From: Paraspadella gotoi
Taxonomy: Eukaryota; Animalia; Chaetognatha
Direction of reading: 5' to 3'
DNA length: 9,483 nucleotides
Assembly: GCA_051294375.1 (NCBI GenBank)
Contig: JBJCIZ010000200.1
Span: forward strand, 1 to 9,483
The position numbers and the translations under genes were made by a program. Below the pieces are notes generated by a model, which did not search any database, was not told where the DNA came from, and saw only the letters and a program-made list of their open reading frames with translations. Shown here piece by piece: positions 1 to 7,479 of this stretch; positions within the stretch are counted from its first letter, which is position 1; each line of letters opens with the position of its first letter.

Positions 1-66
1 GCCGCCGCAACTTGGATCACGCGTCTGCTGCCGACTTTCGTGATGCCAATAGCGCCGATGTTTTCG
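1..66 (-). CDS. SLC23 exon carrying the NAT signature ([22 protein letters not shown]), partial
   Basis: ctccag|CGAAAAC; [Q/E/P]NxGxxxxT[RKG] signature. Confidence 0.95.
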
Positions 67-3000
67 CTGGAGTGAAGAAGGGGGTCGCCATTTTATATTT
101 GTCGTAGCTGATGTTTCGTTTGTTCTGGTTTGTATTGTTTTAAATTTATAAATAAATACACTCCCGTTACCTGTAAGACGTGGTCCCGTTTCCTGTGCCC
201 CACATTCCCGCCAAAATGCATCCGAGTCCCTCGAAGAAGATTCCCGGTTGATGGCGTGAGTGGGCGGCGGTTTGGCGCCAGAAAACCGCGCGGCGGCGTA
301 GTAGTCGCCGATGGACTCGATCATCGACGCGATCACGCCTTTTGTTTTTTGGGTTTTAATATTTGTTTCTCTGTTTTATAGCTCCTTTTTTTTATTAATA
401 TTATGGATTATGATTATATTGTTGTGGAGAAGGCGCAAAGTGGGCTGAAGACTACTATCCGTATCTTCTGTGTCCCTTCAGCAGCAATGGAAGGGGTCCT
501 GGGTATGGAGCCAGGTTTGAGGGTTTTTTAGGCCCCCCAAGACGCAGAGGAGGTACCATTGGGGATTTATCCCGGTACCTAATAGTCGTGAGCTGATGGT
601 ATAACTCAATGACCCACCGGGTTACGACAGAAGGTTACATGCTAATATATTGCAATGCCCGACTGCAATGTTATGATTTTTGTTGTAAATCGCTTTAGAT
701 TTACTTACCCCCTGAAATTGCACAATTTTTTTTTCAATTTTTTTTTCCGGTTACTAAACTTTTCTTTTTTCCTATTAGGATTTATCTCTCACTTTCTCTA
801 CTATAAGCATTTTCCCTTTACTTTCTATAAAAATTTGCTCTTCTGTCTATACCCACTTGGTTTTCACTTGTACCTGTTTTGCCTGTTTTAGTCTTAATAA
901 ACCAGATAGCTTCACAAACAAAAGAGGGGATTTTAAACAAAAAATTTGTATCAATATAAAACATTCAGTTTAAAAAAAAATTGATAATGAGAAACCATAT
1001 CTAAATTTTTAGCTTTTTACATCATATACTTTAATAATTTCCAATTATGAAAAAATGTGACAATGACAAGGACGGTAACTACGATGACAATGGCATTATT
1101 ATATTAAGAAGCAAAAGTAAATCAAAATATTGCCCAAGACGGGCCTAGACCTCTCTGGCGAGATAAAAAGTAATGCAATCAAAATTAATATTGTTTTGAT
1201 TTATAAAATATTTTTTCAAGTGTCAAAATGTTATTACTGTCGCAGTAACAGTTCAGATTAAGCCCTAGAAAGCGATTTGCATGTATTGGCGCAGCCACTG
1301 GTTATGTTGACCATCATTTGTCCCCAGGGGGACTTTTTTATTGAAAAAACTGGTAATAATATAATTAATATACGTACGTAATTAGCTTCTGTTCAAACCT
1401 GCCAGCATTCCCAGTGCCGACGATGCGGAAAAAGTAGGCCATCCCCACTGAAAAGGGTAAGGAAAACGGAGCCAGGCTGATTTGTGAAGAGAGCCCATCT
1501 TCAAGTCCGTCCGGATGGACTGGGCGTTCTCGGGTAAGTCCACGGAGACGGTAAGGATGGCGCAAAGGAACCAAACAATGCCTGCGGAGGAGGTTGGGAC
1601 GGAGGGGTGGTCAGTAAAGCGTAGTAAAAATTTAACTTTAAATAAAATTCTAAAAGTGAGGAACGAACAACATTATACTAATAAACATTTATGTATAAAA
1701 AAATTATAATAAATTTTACAATTTACGCAGTAGGCCATATTTATACTAGTACTAATCCAATAAATGTTAAAATATGAAAAAAACTATATTTTAAACTGAA
1801 AATTAAAATTTTATATATTGAATATAGTTTTTTTAATTTTCAACCCACTTAATGAAAGAATTTTTAAAAATGATTTTTATTTTCTTTTATCAACTTTTGA
1901 CGAGGTATTCAAATCTGCAATAAAAATTAAGAAAAGCCTATTTTGAAATTTTTCGATTTTATAAGGATAATACTATATATAAATATAGACTACTGCGAAA
2001 ATTGAAGAATATAAAATTAAGTTTTTTTACAAATGATCACTGATGGTATGTTGTTCATAATTGACATTTAGAATTTTCGTATGTAACTTTCACTTCGCTC
2101 TAGTGGTCAGATCAACCAGAAATATCTCAAAAAATTCACCGATCGCCAGGATGATCGGAAAGAGCTTGAAAATCTGAATTGGTCGTGCTTTTCCAAACTC
2201 GATTTTGCTTTTCTTCGCGCGGTTGAAAGTCATTTTGAAACAGGGGATGTTGAAGTTGCGAAAATATTGGGAGAAGACGGTGATGAGCACGATTGTGAGA
2301 AGGCTGATAGGCCAGTATTGAGAAGCGTTGAATGTGGCCGCACCTGGCGGGAAAATTTGAAAGGAGAATGATTCGTATCAGGATAGTAGAAGACGAAATA
2401 GAAGCGAGGAAGGGGAGATTGGATAAGGCCGATGGTAAGTCGCCTTAGGTTACGATTTGTGTTGCATCGATGGAGATTGGAAAATAGAGACTCACCGTAA
2501 AGAGAGAGACCGACCAACGCGATCGTCGGCGCTATCGTGATCGGAGTGATGAATCTAAGCACCAGACCGAGAATGCCGGTTCCGCCGATCAATATCTAGA
2601 AAATATTAAACTCTTCTAAATGTCAAAGTTAAAATTATTTTTCCTCTTGTTATGTACATGTATAAACATTAAACATCCCATCTACACCTGCGCGATTGAA
2701 GCCAGGATGATAGCACCCTGTATTTCTCGAAGTCGTTCTTGCCAGATCTCAGTGTAGATCTCTTCTGTCATGGATGAATTTTCTGACGTCAACGTTGCGT
2801 TCAGATCCGAGATGTATTCCTCGCAACTGATTCGATAGAGAGTGGTTTAAAAGAAAAAGGAAAACGAAACATTGTTGTTGGGTTGTTTATTTGTTGATAA
2901 TTCATGGTCATTGACCATGAATTATTGGTCAATGGTCATTCATATCTAAAGACTAAAAATTTACGAACTTACTTCCATCGTTTCGAACTGAGAATTGCTA

Positions 3001-5985
3001 TCGTGGGAGCTAAGAATGAGAATGTTCCTCCTTGAATGATTGGCAGTCTGTTGAAAATTTGACCCATTGTTTTTCAGCCATTAATTTAAAAAAAAATATA
3101 TATATATATATACAGCTCTGGTAAAAAAAAAGTGTAAGCTTTGAACCCCCACTTTCTCGCTTGTCTGTCGTCCTATTAATTTGAAAGCCAAAACAAAACA
3201 AATATCTTTCATTTGAACCCATGACGAGATTTTTAGTCGAAATATTCTACAAGCTGTGCTAAAATATAAAAAAATCGAAATTTTATTTTAAAATGTATTT
3301 ATTTTTTTGTAAAAAAATTTTTTTATCCATCTTTGTTTTTTATTTTTTATATTTTTTTATTATGGAAACCTTAAAACAGTCTCGTAATTCAAGACCATAA
3401 GGCTTCTGCATGCCAGTTTAAAAAAAATTCCAGTCCTTCAACAGTGAATAGGCAGCTTTTCATAAGGGATGGAGCTCCTGGATACAAAGCCAAAGCCATA
3501 AAAAATTTTATAAAAACAATGGGATCGAGGTTCTCGAAGGATAGCCCGGAAACTCCCCTGACTGCAATATCATCAAAAATATTTGGTTATAGATAAAAAG
3601 GGATAGTTTGTAAAAAAATTAAGAAAATTTTAAAAAGCATTTGGGGAGCTGAACCATTCATATTTGCGCAGCCTCTACAACTCTCTCCTTGTTGCAAGGA
3701 AGTGGTGCTGGAAGCAAATGGTAGTCGGACAATATATTAACTGACTCCTAAAATATATTTTCCTTCAAATAATGAAATAAAATGCTTTTATCATAACTAT
3801 TAAACTTTTTTTTGACCAGATCTGTATTGCACATAAATGTCGTGCTCAGGCTTAACTGTTTACCTGATCCCGAAAGTGGTTTGAAAAAAAGTGACTAAAC
3901 CGGACACGAAAAATATGGTGGAGATTAATTTTCCCAGCGCCAAATCGTCGTAGGTGGCGCAAGACGCCTCCGCTGCAACGTGAGCGGGGATATTGAATTC
4001 GAATAGTCACTCATTTCGATTTCCTTTTCAATATTATGTTTACCAATCAGAAATGGGATGGTCACAGTCGATCCGAACATGGTCATGTATTGTTGAAGGC
4101 CCAAGAACACGACCAAGTACCATGGCGGACTGTCCTCGATGCTGTAGAGCAGTTCATTTCCTGAATACATTGTCATTGAGTTTAAATATGAATTTGTTAA
4201 AATTTAAAACAAATAATTATAATAATAATAATATAAAATAAATAAATATGTATAACAAACGTCCTACGGTTATTCACTTATCTGCAAGATTTTAATTAAA
4301 ACAACAAAATTTTACGGGACATATATGTGGCATTGTGGACGAACAACTATAACACGCAACCTCGGTCAACTCGGTCAATTTGACCTTATTTTCAACTTTA
4401 CCCTCGTTGTTTCGCTCTTTCTTTTTATGGTCAAACTTTGACTTTGTAAATACCATTGTTCTAGACTTAGCATCTGAGCCTTTTGACTGTTATTGTTATT
4501 TACTTTGTTGAAGAATAAATTCATTCTTACTTTGAAACTTGTTCCAGCTACACGTGGTAAGCCCCGTTAAAAACCAAAAAAGAAATAAAACAAAATAATA
4601 AATAAATTCATTTTTACTCTGAAACTGATTGCGTCCACAGCATTTGAATTGTGATCACGAGACCGTAGTTTTTCGTGGTCAACTTGTGGATAAGGCGCTA
4701 AGTAGGGCTGAAGAGTGCTATCCGCAACTTCTTTAACCCCCTCTCACAGCCATGGAACGGGTCCTGGGCTTGGAACCAGGGTTGAGGGTTTTCCACGCCC
4801 CAAAGGCGGCTTACGACCATCCTCACGTTTCTCGCAGGGTAGTTACTGGGTTGGGATTGAACCCGGTACCTAGTTGTCATGAGCTGATGGCTTTACTCAA
4901 TGAACCTCCGGGTCACGACTGAAGGTGGCATGCATATAGGCGGGGTGAACTTATGCAATGCCCGACTACAAACTGGCCATACGAATGAAACACAAGCACA
5001 AGAGGCAGTTACTAAAATTTTACAAGTCTGATAAGCATTAAATAAAATGACAAGGTATTTCGTGAATTATACTGCATTGAATTTGTCGTCATGTGATCGC
5101 TTTATTAAGTGATTATGGGACTGCAAAAATATGATACATATACAAATCAACGGTCTTATCGTACCTTACCTTCTCACCCAATATGAACATTACCAGAGTT
5201 ATAAACATTTTAAACGTAAGTGGATTGGCCAATGAATAGACAGAGCGACCGAGCGCCCAAAAAGGAAATTACAGATTTGCAACTAAAAAGGGAAAGTGTG
5301 GCGATATCTTAAAACTATTTATTTACCCTGTCGTCTCATCACCGATTATTAACAGGTTCTGGCTTTGCTTAAAATGATATGAGAGAGAGAGAGAAAGTTT
5401 TCCAACAAAGAATTGAGTGAAAGAACAGTGAGGAATTGAGGATAGGTACAGGTCAGCATAGGAAGGAAGAGAGTGAGGGAAAGAGATACATTTGATCAAA
5501 TGAATCCCACTGTAGTTGTTTTCCCTTCCTCATTTCCTACCTATGCTGACCTGAACCTGTCCTCAATCTCTCACTTTCCTTTCACTCTATTCTTTGTTGG
5601 AAACCTTTCTCTCTCTCTTTTTCCTATATTCGTCAAAATCTGTGAGAAATTCACAAATAATTTTTGCGATGATGAAGGCTAACACATTAGCCGAAACGTT
5701 TTTTCATGTTAGATAAATTCGTTGTATTAAACAAAAATAAAAAAACTTTTTCCTTTAATAATTTTTTTTCTATAACTTCCAGGCTGTGTGTTTTTAATAG
5801 TATGTATTATTATGTTTATAAATGAGATAAATTAAATAAGATACTAAATCTTATCATTCCTAGATTTTAACGTAAATAACTTTGAAAATTATATGAAAAG
5901 ATCAGATGACAATTGGAGGTGAAAACATACCTGTCTCTTCTTCATCTTCATTTTGATCGTTATTCCGTGTGGAAGTGTTCTCCAT
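1..5985 (-). CDS. SLC23A: SLC23/NAT (nucleobase-ascorbate transporter) family gene, nucleobase-type; multi-exon, 3' end runs off the window
   Basis: GT-AG, phase-compatible exons: 5985-5931, [4682-4618, 4547-4531, 4460-4402 tentative], 4160-4044, 3972-3864, 3047-2973, 2826-2688, 2595-2496, 2343-2140, 1581-1399, 338-171, 66-<1. The spliced translation contains [79 protein letters not shown] and [17 protein letters not shown], all hallmark SLC23 motifs. One 1-nt frameshift at about 244. Exact paralog cannot be assigned. Confidence 0.95.
171..338 (-). CDS. SLC23 exon ([56 protein letters not shown]) with a 1-nt frameshift
   Basis: aag|GC...AG|gtaacg; 168 nt where 169 are needed; one base missing at the G-run 243-245. 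Confidence 0.92.
422..664 (-). mobile_element. tRNA-derived SINE-like repeat, copy 1
   Basis: Aligns end to end with 4684-4967. Minus strand has a tRNA-like head CCCGGTGGGTCATTGAGTTATACCATCAGCTCACGA...CCGGGATAAATCCC (degenerate A and B boxes) and is followed by an AT-rich CATAAT/A tail. Confidence 0.7.
1399..1581 (-). CDS. SLC23 exon ([13 protein letters not shown]...RTD...[25 protein letters not shown])
   Basis: cag|GC...GCAG|gtttga; 183 nt, phase 1-1; RTD and PYPFQWG motifs. Confidence 0.95.
1719..2004. mobile_element. Degenerate foldback / MITE-like element
   Basis: AATTTACGCAGTAGGCCATATTTATA (1720-1745) versus the reverse complement of 1978-2003 (AATTTTCGCAGTAGTCTATATTTATA), 23/26; weaker AT-rich similarity continues inward and outward; no clear TSD. 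Confidence 0.6.
2140..2343 (-). CDS. SLC23 exon ([30 protein letters not shown]...[13 protein letters not shown])
   Basis: cag|GT...ATCG|gtgaat; 204 nt, phase 1-1; FSQY and FKLFP motifs. Confidence 0.92.
2496..2595 (-). CDS. SLC23 exon ([33 protein letters not shown])
   Basis: tag|ATA...G|gtgagt; RFIxPxTIAPTI motif; overlaps ORF 2230..2592. Confidence 0.95.
2688..2826 (-). CDS. SLC23 exon ([46 protein letters not shown])
   Basis: cag|T...CAG|gtgtag; WQxRxREIQGAI motif; loop with N-glycosylation sequons NAT and NSS. Confidence 0.95.
2897..2925. repeat. Perfect 14-bp-arm palindrome ATAATTCATGGTCA-t-TGACCATGAATTAT
   Basis: Read directly; lies inside a 146-nt SLC23 intron. Confidence 0.9.
2973..3047 (-). 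CDS. SLC23 exon ([24 protein letters not shown])
   Basis: cag|A...AA|gtaagt; RLPIIQG motif. Confidence 0.95.
3113..3824 (+). mobile_element. Tc1/mariner DNA transposon, non-autonomous and internally deleted (712 bp)
   Basis: 21-bp TIRs CAGCTCTGGTAAAAAAAAAGT (3113-3133) and CAGATCTGGTCAAAAAAAAGT (reverse complement of 3804-3824), 19/21 identical, TA on both flanks; internal transposase relic. Confidence 0.92.
3459..3740 (+). pseudogene. Tc1 transposase C-terminal relic
   Basis: [41 protein letters not shown] ... LRSLYNSLP ... [13 protein letters not shown] matches the Tc1 motifs FxQDGAPxH, WPxNSPDLNPIENLW and SMP...VIxAxGxxTKY; contains stops and frameshifts. Confidence 0.88.
3864..3972 (-). 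CDS. SLC23 exon ([37 protein letters not shown])
   Basis: cag|CG...AG|gtaaac; motif [20 protein letters not shown]. Confidence 0.95.
4044..4160 (-). CDS. SLC23 exon, TM1 ([39 protein letters not shown])
   Basis: cag|GA...TTG|gtaaac; family motif YxxxDxPPW...LGLQ. Confidence 0.93.
4402..4460 (-). CDS. SLC23 tentative exon ([19 protein letters not shown])
   Basis: tctag|AACAATG...GAGG|gtaaag; phase 2 to 1, joins in frame to GNELLY. Contains an ATG that could be an alternative start. Confidence 0.55.
4531..4547 (-). CDS. SLC23 tentative 17-nt microexon (LEQVSK)
   Basis: gtgtag|CTGGAACAAGTTTCAAA|gtaaga; phase 0 to 2; 70-nt introns on both sides. Confidence 0.5.
4618..4682 (-). CDS. SLC23 tentative N-terminal exon ([22 protein letters not shown])
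   Basis: aag|TTGACC...AGA|gtaaaa. Open in phase 1 to 0. With the next two small exons it totals 141 nt, in frame, separated by two 70-nt introns. Confidence 0.5.
4684..4967 (-). mobile_element. tRNA-derived SINE-like repeat, copy 2
   Basis: Minus strand GACCCGGAGGTTCATTGAGTAAAGCCATCAGCTCATGACAACTAGGTACCGGGTTCAATCCC is collinear with a tRNA-Lys/Met-type 5' two-thirds; B box GGTTCAATCC at 4863-4854; homologous to 422-664. Confidence 0.75.
5384..5618. repeat. Long inverted repeat (foldback), ~99-bp arms
   Basis: 5384-5482 aligns ungapped with the reverse complement of 5520-5618 (about 13 mismatches by eye); ~37-nt spacer; purine-rich left arm, pyrimidine-rich right arm. Confidence 0.93.
5669..5700 (+). 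ncRNA. Degenerate minimal type-I hammerhead ribozyme motif (Penelope-like-element type)
   Basis: aTGATGA-A-GGCTAA-caca-TTAGCC-GAAA-CGTT: core boxes, perfect 6-bp helix II, palindromic AACGTT mini helix III; C3 is replaced by A and helix I does not pair; AATAAA follows at about 5736. Confidence 0.6.
5931..5985 (-). CDS. SLC23 probable first coding exon ([18 protein letters not shown])
   Basis: AAAATGG start context and strong donor AG|gtatgt; ends in phase 1, matching downstream exons. Acidic N-terminus with no conserved motif to confirm. Confidence 0.65.
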
Positions 5986-6431
5986 TTTTATTCCCGCGGT
6001 TAAAAATATTTTCTTCTCAAAATGTTTTGAATAAAAAATCTTTTCGAGATATCTGAGTCCAAAGTTCGATGAAGTAGGTTATAAAAAAGAAAAAGAACAG
6101 TGTTTAGCGAGAACTCTTTTTAGTCGGATCTGCTTATCAAAAGACTCTATAATTCACTTTGTAGGTCCGTCGGTCCCACCCCAAAATCTTGTCGATAAAT
6201 CATTATTATCATATCAGAACATCGAATTATAATATATTTTGCTTTAAGGAATAAGTTTTTTAGTGTTTGACAACAAATTTTTATTTCATAGAACTCTCAA
6301 CCACAGAGTCGAAACATGTCCCTATGAAATAAAAATTCGTTGTCACACACTAAAAAACTGTTATTCCTTAAACTTAAACACAACGAAAAAGAAAGAATCA
6401 TAAAAATGATAAATTATGCAAAAAAAATTAT

Positions 6432-6797
6432 GTCCGTCCGTCCCCCTTAGCATTAAACTCCAATTACTCGTGATTGGATGGATGGATTAAAATGAAATTT
6501 TGTGTGTGGGTAGGAAAGTGTGTGATTGAGCTGGATATAAGGTTTTGATGGAATCGTGCGAGTGGAAATGAGTCTAAATGGAAAAAACAAAAGTCATATT
6601 TACTTTAGTATTTTAACTTATATTTACTCATAATTATTATATTTATTAAAAATTGGATAGATAAATTGAAATGAAATTTTGTGTGTGGGCAGGAAAGTAT
6701 GTGATTAAGCTGTATATAAATTTTTGATGGAATCGTAGGAGTGGAAAAGAGTTTAAATTAGAAAACCAAAACATACATTTATTTCAATTTTTTAAAG
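6432..6797 (+). mobile_element. DINE-1/HINE-like (Helentron-derived) non-autonomous element fragment
   Basis: (GTCC)3 microsatellite at 6432-6443 followed by tandem central repeats starting TTGGATGGATGGATTAAAATGAAATTTTG, the layout known for HINEs; termini not identified. Confidence 0.55.
6473..6797. repeat. Tandem repeat, 179-bp period, about 1.8 copies
   Basis: AATGAAATTTTGTGTGTGGG at 6491 and 6670; AGGAAAGT, TTTTGATGGAATCGT and GAGTGGAAA are shared at the same offset. Confidence 0.93.
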
Positions 6798-6799
6798 TT

Positions 6800-6852
6800 T
6801 CTCTCTATCTCTCTCTGATTGATTTGATTGAATAATTGATTGATTGATTGAA
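6800..6852. repeat. Compound microsatellite (CT)n + (TGAT)n
   Basis: Read directly from the sequence. Confidence 0.85.
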
Positions 6853-7015
6853 TGACAAATTATGCCGGTTGACCAAATTATGCAGTTTAGCAAATTATGT
6901 CAGTTGACCAAATTTTGCCAGTTGACCAAATTATGCCAGTTGACCAAATTATGTCAGTTGACAAAATTATGTCAGTTGACCAAATTATGCCAGTTGACCA
7001 AATAATGCATGTTGA
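6853..7015. repeat. 18-bp minisatellite, about 9 units, consensus TGACCAAATTATGYCAGT
   Basis: Read directly; produces the spurious repetitive ORF 6897..7088. Confidence 0.95.
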
Positions 7016-7283
7016 TTATCGGATTTATCATCAGATTAGCTTATTACCTCTTAATTATCGTTGGCAGATACGACGTTGTTTGCTCTAACTTGTTTTTATA
7101 GGTCGTTGCTTCATTATAACTTTATAACAACTTTTTATATACCGTCGTTATTTGTTATATATTATATGTATTATTTCAAGATAAACTGTCACATTGCCTG
7201 GTGGTTAAAAGAATTTCAATGTGTGACTTTTTATATAATTTTAATATTTGTACTTTTTCTAACTTATATATTAAGTAACATAG

Positions 7284-7313
7284 TGTGTGAGAGAGAGAGA
7301 GAGAGAGACAGAC
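7284..7313. repeat. (GT)/(GA)n microsatellite
   Basis: gtgtgtgagagagagagagagagacagac. Confidence 0.85.
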
Positions 7314-7456
7314 AAATCCAATAAAACATAGCATTTCAGTATCGATCTTGCATTTTCCAAGGAATACTTTTTTTTTTAGTTTAGAGAAAAAGAGAAAAAT
7401 AACATTTAGTAATAAAATATGTAAATAATAAACACAAGATTCAAGGAGCAATTAAA

Positions 7457-7479
7457 TGTCAAGATGTCAAGATGTCAAA
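7457..7479. repeat. Short tandem repeat (ATGTCAAG) x about 3
   Basis: atgtcaagatgtcaagatgtcaa, lying between two copies of ttcaa(a)gRagcaattaaa. Confidence 0.75.

Noticed and set aside
130-381. Plus-strand ORF of 83 aa (also 1515..1709 and 3993..4241)
   Set aside because: Antisense shadows of SLC23 exons.
408-686. TSD for SINE copy 1 (TTATGATT at 408-415 and 671-678)
   Set aside because: Short, AT-rich, offset from the aligned ends and overlapping the presumed tail; not reliable.
655-891. Hydrophobic ORFs (655..891, 5473..5682, 7061..7324, 7176..7451)
   Set aside because: Products of T-rich low-complexity or repeat DNA with no recognisable motifs.
1060-1335. Small hairpins (TTACTG-tcg-CAGTAA; GTCCC-cagg-GGGAC)
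   Set aside because: Too short to support an element or RNA call.
4261-4281. Possible SLC23 exon (cag|ATAAGTGAATAACCGTAGGAC|gt)
   Set aside because: Stops in all three frames; could only be non-coding.
4705-4735. CTGAAGA hammerhead core in both SINE copies (also about 444)
   Set aside because: No helix II plus GAAA box follows.
4850-4914. Functional tRNA-Met (CAT) gene
   Set aside because: Anticodon and acceptor stems do not pair; embedded in a dispersed repeat, so treated as a SINE head.
6897-7088. Repetitive ORF (VDQIMP)n; possible CRISPR-like array
   Set aside because: Translation of an 18-bp head-to-tail minisatellite with no unique spacers, in a eukaryotic context.
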